The notes beneath the pieces are model-generated. The model was not told the origin of the DNA, searched no databases, and was given only the letters and a program-made list of their open reading frames with translations. Shown here piece after piece: positions 24,062 to 31,792 of a DNA stretch of 32,000 nt. Location: contig NZ_FNIL01000014.1 in assembly GCF_900103955.1 (NCBI RefSeq), forward strand, positions 1 through 32,000, in the 5' to 3' direction. Positions within the stretch are counted from its first letter, which is position 1; every line of letters begins with the position of its first letter. A program made the translations under genes and the position numbers. The stretch comes from Alkalicoccus daliensis. GTDB taxonomy: Bacteria; Bacillota; Bacilli; Bacillales; Salisediminibacteriaceae.

Positions 24062-24634
24062 ATGAGAGAAGAAAAACAGAGGAAAATTGTGGATGCAGCG
24101 ATGGAAGTTATTGAAGAACACGGATTTGAAAAAGCATCTGTTTCTCAGTTTGTGAAAAGGGCAGGAGTCGCGCAGGGGACTTTCTATTTATACTTCTCCT
24201 CCAAAAATGAAATTGTTCCTGCGATCGCAGAAAGAATCTTGACAGAGCAGCTGAAAAGGGTGCAGGAGAGAGCAGGGGAAAGCCCTTCCCGCAAAGAGCT
24301 CCTGCACGCGCTGATTGATATTACATTTGATATTACAGAAGAATACAAATCGCTGATCAGCTTCTGCTACGCAGGGATTGCGCTGTATTATTCTTTCGAA
24401 CGATGGGAAGAAATCTACCGTCCGTATTACAGCTGGCTGGAGGAACAATTTGAACATCTGCGCAGCGATAAAAAAATAGCGGGAAATGTAGCGCTGGCAT
24501 ATCAGGTAAATTATACGGTCGGCTTAATTGAACACGGTGCAGAATCTTATTATTTATCCCATACCGCTGCTGGGGACAGGAAAGAAATGAAGAAGCAGCT
24601 TTATAAATTTACAAAACAGGCACTTTATGCTTAA
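24062..24634 (+). CDS. TetR/AcrR-family transcriptional regulator
   Basis: The N-terminal HTH is FEKASVSQFVKRAGVAQGTFYLYFSSKNEIV. The RBS is AGGAGGG. Confidence 0.85.
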   Translation: MREEKQRKIVDAAMEVIEEHGFEKASVSQFVKRAGVAQGTFYLYFSSKNEIVPAIAERILTEQLKRVQERAGESPSRKELLHALIDITFDITEEYKSLISFCYAGIALYYSFERWEEIYRPYYSWLEEQFEHLRSDKKIAGNVALAYQVNYTVGLIEHGAESYYLSHTAAGDRKEMKKQLYKFTKQALYA

Positions 24635-24662
24635 TGAACATTAAAAATTTTGAGGTGGAATA

Positions 24663-25574
24663 ATGAACGGCGTATCAGAAAAAAGAATTCTTTGGATGTC
24701 TGTAATTGCAGCCATCCTTTTTTCGGTGGCAGGAGTAACGCTGGGACTTCTGTTCGATTCTCAGATGATATTATTCGATGGCTTATATTCGTTTATCAGT
24801 GTAGGGCTTTCTTATATTTCTCTGGCAGCATTAAAATTTATGAATCAATCTGATTGGGAAAAATACCCTTTCGGGAAGGATATGTTAGAACCGATTGTTA
24901 TCCTTGTAAAATATACGGTCATTCTTCTGCTTGTCACAGGTTCCATCCTCGCAGCTGCAGTCTCGCTGTTTCAGGGCGGCAGGGATTTCCAGGTAGGCCC
25001 CGCCTTTTTATACGCAGCTGTATCTATGGCTGCTTGTCTTGGAGTGTACGTATATCTACGAAAGAAAAGTCACACGGGAAGCTCCTTGGTAAGGGCCGAA
25101 GCAAACCAGTGGATGATGGATTCGCTTGTGAGTGTAGGAGTATTTATTGGCTTTCTCGGTGCACTCGTATTGCAGCGCTTCGGCTATCAGGGCATCGTGC
25201 CTTATATAGATCCGGTCATGGTAATGCTTGTATCTCTCTATTTTCTGAAGTTTCCTTTAAAAGAGATGAAAAACGCCTGGAAGGAAGTACTGGAAATGGC
25301 GCCGGAAGATAATGTGCGGGAAAGAGTGCAGGAAAAAGTTGCAGAAATTGAGAAGCAGCACAAAATTGAAGAAAGCTTTATTAGAATCTCCCGCGTAGGG
25401 AGGACCATCTGGGTGGAAATCGATTTAGTGGCCGGCAGTGATCCTTCTCTGGAATCTTTAAGTGTCCAGGATAATGTAAGAGAAAAAATTGCAGAAGTGC
25501 TGGAAGGGACAGCTCCGAAAAAGTGGCTGACTGTTTGTTTTATGAAAGACAGGCGCTGGGCGGTAGAGGAATAG
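24663..25574 (+). CDS. Cation diffusion facilitator (CDF) family metal efflux transporter
   Basis: It has 6 TM helices, with SQMILFDGLYSFIS in TM2 and a C-terminal cytoplasmic domain (IRISRVGRTIWVEIDLV). The RBS is GAGGTGG. Confidence 0.75.
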   Translation: MNGVSEKRILWMSVIAAILFSVAGVTLGLLFDSQMILFDGLYSFISVGLSYISLAALKFMNQSDWEKYPFGKDMLEPIVILVKYTVILLLVTGSILAAAVSLFQGGRDFQVGPAFLYAAVSMAACLGVYVYLRKKSHTGSSLVRAEANQWMMDSLVSVGVFIGFLGALVLQRFGYQGIVPYIDPVMVMLVSLYFLKFPLKEMKNAWKEVLEMAPEDNVRERVQEKVAEIEKQHKIEESFIRISRVGRTIWVEIDLVAGSDPSLESLSVQDNVREKIAEVLEGTAPKKWLTVCFMKDRRWAVEE

Positions 25575-25626
25575 GAAAGAAGTGCGATGCTTGTATGTCT
25601 TAAGCCCTGTTTTCGGGAAAAATCCT

Positions 25627-25653
25627 TCAATCAGGAAGTGTAATAACCGATAT
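25627..25653 (+). promoter_or_regulatory. Sigma-D-like promoter upstream of fliD copy 2 (weaker match)
   Basis: The match is TCAA-N15-ACCGATAT. The CCGATAT core is intact and the -35 matches 3 of 4 positions. Confidence 0.4.
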
Positions 25654-25721
25654 GATAAATAGCATAATATATCGGGTAATTTACAGTTCCATACAACAGA
25701 ATAGTCAGAGGAGTGAAAGAC

Positions 25722-27509
25722 ATGCGGCTTAGCGGATTTGCTACCGGAATGGATATCAATCAGATGGTGAAGGATTTAATGCAGGCGGAAAAAATGCCTT
25801 TAAAAAAATTAGAGCAGAATAAAACATCTACACAGTGGAAGATTGATCAATACAGAGAAATTAATGTGAAGATGGATAAATTCAGAAACAATACGTTTGA
25901 TAATGTCATGCGACGTGCCAATATGATGATGAATACGGTAGTGAGTTCCAACGCATCGCTTGTCACTGCGACAGGAAATGCATCTACGTTAGAAGGAACG
26001 CTGCGTTTAACAGAAGTGAAAAAACTGGCTTCCGCAGCTTCAAATGCGAGCAGTGCTCCGGTAGCTGATAAATTAAATGTGACCGGAAAACTTTCTGAAC
26101 AGAATTTTAAAGCAGCGGAAGGGGAAATGTGGAAAACAGGAACGGTAAACAGGCAGACGGTGACCGTACAGCAGTCACAATCTACCATTGATTTGAACGT
26201 GGAGCTCGGAAATCCTGATTCCACAGTCGTGCGGGTCAATGGGGTTTCTTATAAGGTAGTAGAAGAAATGCCGGAAGGCGGACTAACTGCAACACAGGTA
26301 ATGCTTGATGCGGATTCCAAACAGCTTGTATTCGGCTCTGCTTTAGCCCGGAATGCTAAGGTGGAAGTTGTGACGGCAATTGAAGGAGAAGGAACGGATA
26401 AATTCTCCATGAATTCTATTACTACTTTTAATAAAGACGGCCAGGAAGTAAAGGAAAACTTTATTGTTACCGGTAATCAGACTATGAATGAAGTTATGTC
26501 TATGCTGAACCGTTCAAAAGCAGGCGTCAGCACTTTTTATGATACAGGAACGGACCGTGTCTCCATCGTACGGAACGATACTGGAATTTTTGCTCCGGAA
26601 GGCAGTGAAATGCGTTTTTCCGGCTCCTTTTTCGAACAGGGACTAAAGCTGAGCGATACGAATGAAATTGCCGCACAAAATGCAACGTTTACGATTAACG
26701 GTTTGGAAACAACGAGGCGTTCCAATACTTTTTCGGTCAACGGCATGAACATTACGCTGCATGAAACTTTTGCAAACCGGGAAGTGAATTTAAACGTTAA
26801 GCGGGATACAGATAAAATTGTAGAAACGATTATGTCTTTTGTAAATGAATATAATGAACTTCTCGAACTGGTGAATGGTAAAACAAGCCAGGAATTTTTC
26901 CGGGATTATCCACCGCTGACAGAAGAAGAACGGCGTGAGTTATCAGAGCGGGAAGCAGAACTCTGGGATGAAAAAGCAATGAGCGGCCTGCTCCGCAATG
27001 ATTCCATGCTGAGAAACGGCATGAATAATTTCCGCCAGCAGATGTACGGCCAGGTAACAGGCGGGATTGATACGCAAATACGGCAGCTTGCCCAGATAGG
27101 AATTACCACTACGTCCAATTTCCGTGACGGCGGAAAGCTGGAAGTAAATGAAGATCGTCTTCGTGCAGCTATCGAAAGCGATGCAGAGGGTGTCTATCAG
27201 CTGTTCGCGGCAGATGGTCCCACCCAGGCAGAGCAGGGAATTGCCAGAAGAGTCCGGACGAGTGCGAATACAATGATTGAAGCGATTGCGCAGAGAGCCG
27301 GAGGAATGCGGGGACGAACGGTGAACCAGCAGTTTACGCTCGGCCGGGAAATGAACAATATCGAAGACCGGATGACGAATTTTGAGCGGCGGATGAAGCA
27401 GGTGGAGCAGCGCTACTGGACACAGTTTACTGCGATGGAAAAAGCGGTATCCCGGGCAAATTCCCAGGGAGAAGCACTTTTTGCACAAATGTACGGAGGC
27501 ATGCAGTAA
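25722..27509 (+). CDS. fliD: Flagellar filament cap protein FliD, copy 2 (595 aa)
   Basis: The N-terminus is GFATGMDINQMVKDLMQAEKMPL and the C-terminus is FERRMKQVEQRYWTQFTAMEKAV. The ATG at 25722 is 8 nt after AGAGGAG. Confidence 0.85.
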   Translation: MRLSGFATGMDINQMVKDLMQAEKMPLKKLEQNKTSTQWKIDQYREINVKMDKFRNNTFDNVMRRANMMMNTVVSSNASLVTATGNASTLEGTLRLTEVKKLASAASNASSAPVADKLNVTGKLSEQNFKAAEGEMWKTGTVNRQTVTVQQSQSTIDLNVELGNPDSTVVRVNGVSYKVVEEMPEGGLTATQVMLDADSKQLVFGSALARNAKVEVVTAIEGEGTDKFSMNSITTFNKDGQEVKENFIVTGNQTMNEVMSMLNRSKAGVSTFYDTGTDRVSIVRNDTGIFAPEGSEMRFSGSFFEQGLKLSDTNEIAAQNATFTINGLETTRRSNTFSVNGMNITLHETFANREVNLNVKRDTDKIVETIMSFVNEYNELLELVNGKTSQEFFRDYPPLTEEERRELSEREAELWDEKAMSGLLRNDSMLRNGMNNFRQQMYGQVTGGIDTQIRQLAQIGITTTSNFRDGGKLEVNEDRLRAAIESDAEGVYQLFAADGPTQAEQGIARRVRTSANTMIEAIAQRAGGMRGRTVNQQFTLGREMNNIEDRMTNFERRMKQVEQRYWTQFTAMEKAVSRANSQGEALFAQMYGGMQ

Positions 27510-27576
27510 CACTTTCGGTGCTTTTCGACGGAAATCAGCTTGTTAATGAATTTTTGCTTGGGCAGGGGGAAGAAAA

Positions 27577-27933
27577 TTGACGAACTTAAGAGAACTGTAT
27601 GCTTCAACTCGCGCTCTTTACGATCATCTGCTGGAAGATTTCCCTAAAGAAGATGAAAAAAGAGACAATTATATTGAAAAGGTAAATCAACTTCTTGATC
27701 AACGGGAACAGCTTATGACATCTCTTCAGCCGCCCTCTACATCCGGTGAAAAAAAAGTAGCACAGGAGATTTTCCGGTTAAATAAAGAGATTCAGGAAAA
27801 ATTAAAAACAAATCAGCAGCGGATCCAGACAGACATAAATCAGCTTAATCAGAAAAAGAACACTGGCCGCCGTTATGAAAATCCATACGATGGTCCCACT
27901 CCAGATGGTGTCTTTTTCGATTCAAAAAAATAA
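27577..27933 (+). CDS. FliT-like flagellar export chaperone (tentative)
   Basis: The 118-aa helical protein lies 67 nt after fliD copy 2, with a TTG start after AGGGGGA. The C-terminal YENPYDG..DGVFFDSKK resembles my memory of Bacillus FliT tails. Confidence 0.5.
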   Translation: MTNLRELYASTRALYDHLLEDFPKEDEKRDNYIEKVNQLLDQREQLMTSLQPPSTSGEKKVAQEIFRLNKEIQEKLKTNQQRIQTDINQLNQKKNTGRRYENPYDGPTPDGVFFDSKK

Positions 27934-27949
27934 ATTTTAGAATTGAGTG

Positions 27950-27974
27950 TAAAATTGTGACTTTCGTCCGATAT
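27950..27974 (+). promoter_or_regulatory. Sigma-D-like promoter upstream of flaG (short spacer)
   Basis: The match is TAAA-N13-TCCGATAT. It shares ACTTTCG..CCGATATAAGGGA with the fliS promoter at 29171-29197. Confidence 0.4.
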
Positions 27975-28011
27975 AAGGGATGTGGTACTTCAATTACGAG
28001 GAGTTGATCAC

Positions 28012-28395
28012 ATGGAAGTGCAATCAATGCGCTCGGGACAGGAACTGCCGCCGTTGAAAAAAACGGAAGCAGCACCTGTTCAGCTGCGACAGGCTTCAAT
28101 ACCACAAGGAAGTGCAGACAAAGGCTCCCGGGAGGATGTAACACATTCTCTGGAGCGGAGCAAGGAGTGGTCGCAGGACGATCTCGACCGGGGCATAGAA
28201 GCAATGAATGATCTTTCTGTTTTCAGAGAGAGATCCCTTGCCTTTGAGCATCATGAAAAGCTCAATCGGACAATGGTAAAAATCATTGATCGGGAAACGG
28301 AAGAAGTTGTCCGGGAAATCCCTCCAGAAAAGTTTCTGGATATGATCTCCTCCATGCTCGAATTCGCCGGTATTATTATCGACGAAAAAGTTTAA
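28012..28395 (+). CDS. flaG: Flagellar protein FlaG (YvyC-like)
   Basis: The C-terminal FlaG signature is FEHHEKLNRTMVKIIDRETEEVVREIPPEKFLDM. The RBS AGGAG precedes the ATG at 28012. Confidence 0.8.
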   Translation: MEVQSMRSGQELPPLKKTEAAPVQLRQASIPQGSADKGSREDVTHSLERSKEWSQDDLDRGIEAMNDLSVFRERSLAFEHHEKLNRTMVKIIDRETEEVVREIPPEKFLDMISSMLEFAGIIIDEKV

Positions 28396-28397
28396 GG

Positions 28398-28457
28398 AAA
28401 ACACAAACAGCGGAAAGCCGGCAATGCTGGTTCTTTCCGCTTTTGTGTTTTTTTATT
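28398..28457 (+). terminator. Strong rho-independent terminator after flaG
   Basis: A long stem (AAAACACAAACAGCGGAAAG ... CTTTCCGCTTTTGTGTTTT) is followed by a T-run. Confidence 0.85.
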
Positions 28458-28461
28458 GATT

Positions 28462-29105
28462 TGGAGGAGATAGTTCAGGATAGCGTGGTGACATGTCAGT
28501 ATAGAGGATTTATGTGTCATTATAGAGGGTTTGCATGTTAGTATAGCCGGTTTGTATTAAAGCATAGCGGCATCGGAGTAAAGCATAGCGGATTTGGAGT
28601 AAAATAAGGTGCGTGACAGTAAAATAAGCGGGCACGGACGTAAATTAGCTTCTTTATTTTAAGTTTCTCTATCGGGGAACGGTTTTAAATGAAGAAGGTA
28701 ATATGCTTTTATGGCTTTTGAGTCCGAATCAGTACAGGATAGCGTGGTGACATGTCAGTATAGAGGGTTTGCATGTTAATATAGCCGGTTTGGATTAAAG
28801 CATAGCGGCATCGGAGTAAAGCATAGCGGATTTGGAGTAAAATAAGGTGCGTGACAGTAATATAAACGGGCACGGACGTAAATTAACTTCTTTATTTTAA
28901 GTTTCTCTATCAGGAAACGGTTTTAAATGAAGAAGGTAATATGCTTTTACGACTTGCGCTCTCGGGTCAGTAAAGTATAGCGTGGTGACATGTCATTATA
29001 GAGGGTTCGCATGTTAGTATAGCCGGTTTGGATTAAAGCATAGCGGCATCGGAGTAAAGCATAGCGGATTTGGAGTAAAATAGGGTGCGTGACAGTAAAA
29101 TAAGC
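28462..29105. repeat. Higher-order tandem repeat array 2. It belongs to the same family as array 1, with units of about 259 and 238 bp plus a partial third unit.
   Basis: The unit start CAGGATAGCGTGGTGACATGTCAGTATAG recurs at 28476 and 28735, and in diverged form at 28973. The sub-repeats (TAAAGCATAGCGGCATCGGAG...) and the core (TAAATTAGCTTCTT...GAAGAAGGTAATATGCTTTTA) are homologous to array 1. Confidence 0.9.
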
Positions 29106-29170
29106 TCCCCTCTTTCCCGGAACAATGAGCGGCTTCCCTTCATTTTGGAAAAGAATTTCTAGCATACACC

Positions 29171-29197
29171 TAAAACTTTCGACCTGTGTGCCGATAT
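29171..29197 (+). promoter_or_regulatory. Sigma-D-type promoter upstream of fliS
   Basis: TAAA (29171-29174)-N15-GCCGATAT (29190-29197) is an exact consensus match. Confidence 0.7.
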
Positions 29198-29285
29198 AAG
29201 GGACAGGTTGAAAATAACTGCTCGGCAGAAGAGTCTATGTGTTATGTGCCGAAGATTTTAATGATAGAAAGGGTGTCCATGTAGC

Positions 29286-29852
29286 ATGGCTGCAAACAAT
29301 CCATACGCAACATACAAGCAGAATTCATTTGAGACAAAGTCCGCAGGGGAATTAACGTTAATGCTTTATGAAGGCTGCCTAAAGTTTATAAAGCGGGCAG
29401 AAAAGGCAATAGATGACAATCAGATGGAAGAAAAGAATACGAATCTTATTAAAGCGCAGAATATTGTACGTGAGCTGATGGTTACTTTGGATATGAAAGT
29501 GGCAGTTAGTAAAGACATGCTGCCGATGTATGATTATATTTTAAATCAGCTGATTGAAGCAAATATGAAAAACGATAAAGAAGCACTTCAGAATGCTGCA
29601 CAGTTTGTGGCAGATTTCCGAGATACGTGGAAGGAAGTTATTAAAGCAGACAGGCAGTCCCGTCACGGGCAGAAAGCCGCCCCAGCTGAGCCGGCAGCAG
29701 CACCGTCTGAACCGGCCGCAGCTCCTTCGAAACAAGATGCTACCGTTAATCCGTATGCCAAGGCGCGGATGCAGAATCCATATGCAGCAAATGCATCAAA
29801 TCCTTATGCAAAAGCGAAGCAGGCAGCCGCCGCTGCTGCGGCAAAAGGGTAA
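29286..29852 (+). CDS. fliS: Flagellin-specific export chaperone FliS with a ~55-aa low-complexity C-terminal extension
   Basis: The N-terminus NNPYATYKQNSFETKSAGELTLMLYEG and a four-helix FliS core are present. The tail is AAPAEPAAAPSEPAAAPS followed by 3x NPYA. Confidence 0.85.
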   Translation: MAANNPYATYKQNSFETKSAGELTLMLYEGCLKFIKRAEKAIDDNQMEEKNTNLIKAQNIVRELMVTLDMKVAVSKDMLPMYDYILNQLIEANMKNDKEALQNAAQFVADFRDTWKEVIKADRQSRHGQKAAPAEPAAAPSEPAAAPSKQDATVNPYAKARMQNPYAANASNPYAKAKQAAAAAAAKG

Positions 29853-29858
29853 CACGCA

Positions 29859-29886
29859 GAAAACGTCCTTTGGGGCGTTTTTTTGT
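29859..29886 (+). terminator. Rho-independent terminator after fliS
   Basis: AAAACGTCC-tttg-GGGCGTTTT is followed by a T-run. Confidence 0.7.
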
Positions 29887-29948
29887 TGATGCTGGAGTAG
29901 GTGGTATATCTAATGATATGATGAAAAAAAGGTATATGGGGTGATAAA

Positions 29949-30347
29949 TTGAAGGGAATTACAGAAAAACAGCGTATATTTTTAACGCAGTATGCAGGAT
30001 TGCTGCAGGAAATAGATGATGCTGCGCAGTATGCAGGGGAGTGTTATATCCAGGGGGACGAAGACATTGCAGACAGGCTGCTTGCTTCTGTAAGTACCGG
30101 GCTTATCCCTTATAATCCGGAAAATATGACCCTCACCTCTATTTTCATAGAGGATAAAGAAGCGATGGATCAGCTCCAGCATCATTACAGCGCCGTTCTG
30201 ACAGCAACACAGCTGACAGAAGAATTCACATCTACAAAAGAAAAAATGCAATTTTTACACGAAACTTTTATTCCGGCACTGCACCAGTGGCATTTAACTG
30301 TGCAAAAATACAATCCAAACGGAGGAAACCAATATGCCCCTCATTGA
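29949..30347 (+). CDS. Hypothetical small helical protein in the canonical fliT position, paralog of 8780-9148
   Basis: The 132-aa ORF has a TTG start after GGGGTGA. Its 3' end overlaps the esterase start by 14 nt. Confidence 0.5.
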   Translation: MKGITEKQRIFLTQYAGLLQEIDDAAQYAGECYIQGDEDIADRLLASVSTGLIPYNPENMTLTSIFIEDKEAMDQLQHHYSAVLTATQLTEEFTSTKEKMQFLHETFIPALHQWHLTVQKYNPNGGNQYAPH

Positions 30348-31299
30348 TCTGCCTTTAGATAAACTATATACATATAATGGAAGGATGGCTAAGCCCAATG
30401 ACTTTGATGCTTATTGGGACAGAGCCCTGCAGGAACTTCAAGATACACATTCAGAAGTGGAAATTTCAAAAAGCAGCTTTCAGACATCGTTTGCGGACTG
30501 CTATGATTTATACTTTACGGGAGTAAAAGGGGCGCGTATTTATGCTAAGTATGTGCAGCCGCATCATCCTCCCGAAGGAAAAGATACGTTTCCAGCGGTG
30601 CTTGAATTTCATGGATACAGTATGAATTCCGGAGACTGGACTTCAAAGCTTGCTTACGCAGCTGCAGGATATGCTGTATTTTCTATGGATGTGCGCGGCC
30701 AGGGAGGGAAATCGGAGGATCCCGGCGGCGTTCAGGGGAATACACTGGAAGGCCATATTATCCGTGGGGCTGCAGAAGGAGAAGATTCGCTGTTTTTCCG
30801 CAATGTGTATCTGGATACAGTACAGCTGGCGAGAATCGTCATGAAGATGAAAGAGATTGATGAAACAGACGTCTCTGTAACTGGGTGGTCACAGGGGGGA
30901 GGGCTGACGCTTGCCTGTGCAGCTCTGGAACCGCGTGTGAAAAAAGCAGCAGCGGTGTACCCGTTTTTAAGTGACTATCTGCGCGTATGGGAAATGGATC
31001 TGGCAGTAGATGCATACAAAGAAATGCGCACACATTTCCGAAGACACGATCCGACCCATGAGAGAAAAGAAGAATTTTTTGCGAGGCTGAATTATATCGA
31101 TATCAGGCATTTAATGCCCCGGATAAAGGGAGAAATTATGATGGGGACAGGATTAATGGATACCGTCTGCCCTCCTTCCACGCAGTTTGCGGCCTACAAT
31201 AACATCACTTCCAAAAAAGAAGTTGTTATTTATCCGGACTTTGCCCATGAAAATCTGCCCGGGATGCATGATCGCATATGGTCATTTCTCACCAAGTAA
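30334..31299 (+). CDS. cah: CE7-family acetyl xylan esterase / cephalosporin-C deacetylase
   Basis: The N-terminus is DLPLDKLYTYNG. The nucleophile elbow GWSQGGG is present, with a C-terminal catalytic His in FAHE. The length is about 320 aa. Confidence 0.8.
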   Translation: MPLIDLPLDKLYTYNGRMAKPNDFDAYWDRALQELQDTHSEVEISKSSFQTSFADCYDLYFTGVKGARIYAKYVQPHHPPEGKDTFPAVLEFHGYSMNSGDWTSKLAYAAAGYAVFSMDVRGQGGKSEDPGGVQGNTLEGHIIRGAAEGEDSLFFRNVYLDTVQLARIVMKMKEIDETDVSVTGWSQGGGLTLACAALEPRVKKAAAVYPFLSDYLRVWEMDLAVDAYKEMRTHFRRHDPTHERKEEFFARLNYIDIRHLMPRIKGEIMMGTGLMDTVCPPSTQFAAYNNITSKKEVVIYPDFAHENLPGMHDRIWSFLTK

Positions 31300-31425
31300 C
31301 TCTAGGGAATTAGAAGTGTTTATGCAATTTTCTGACAAGAATGCTTTGTTTAGGTTTACCATCATCTGTTAAGTGATATAGAGACGTGTAGCGTAATTAA
31401 ATATATCAACAGGAGGTTTTAAGTA

Positions 31426-31743
31426 ATGGTAGATCCAAAAAAACAAGCGGAAGAAAAACTGGAAGATACTTCAGAAGATCGCAAACAGGAGATTCTTGAC
31501 AGCTTCCAAGGATTCCTTGATTATTTGAATAAGCAAGTAAATCGCGGTGAAAAGCTGGGTCTTGGTGAAGAGCAGCTTGCAAAAGGTGCGGAAAGAGTAG
31601 CTGAGCATTTGAAAAACCATGAAGAGCCTCAAAATTCGGAAGAAAAGCTTTTACAGGAACTCTGGAAAGTAGCAGAAGACGAAGAAAAGCGCCATATTGC
31701 ACGTGCGCTGGTACGTTTGGCACAGCAGGAAGGCAACGCATAA
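31426..31743 (+). CDS. DUF3243-like small protein (YmfJ-like)
   Basis: The RBS is AGGAGG. The motif EEPQNSEEKLLQELWKVAEDEEKRHIARALVRLAQ resembles my memory of the YmfJ/DUF3243 family. Confidence 0.6.
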   Translation: MVDPKKQAEEKLEDTSEDRKQEILDSFQGFLDYLNKQVNRGEKLGLGEEQLAKGAERVAEHLKNHEEPQNSEEKLLQELWKVAEDEEKRHIARALVRLAQQEGNA

Positions 31744-31756
31744 ATGAATTAAAAGT

Positions 31757-31790
31757 AAGACCGGCCGTTTTTTCTGCCGGTCTTTATTTA
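31757..31790. terminator. Bidirectional rho-independent terminator
   Basis: The hairpin is AAGACCGGC-loop-GCCGGTCTT, flanked by A/T runs. Confidence 0.8.
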
Positions 31791-31792
31791 TG

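Noticed and set aside
24650-25312. Alternative-frame ORFs 24650-24853 and 24854-25312 within the CDF transporter gene
   Set aside because: They are out of frame with a gene that has clear TM and CDF features and a proper RBS, and they have no independent support.
1-29105. The ~28-kb segment flanked by direct copies of the repeat family, read as a mobile or genomic island
   Set aside because: The content is housekeeping (des-desKR, clpE, dbpA, yyaC, flagellar genes). No integrase, transposase or tRNA attachment site is present, and a third degenerate copy lies inside the segment. A dispersed repeat family is more parsimonious.
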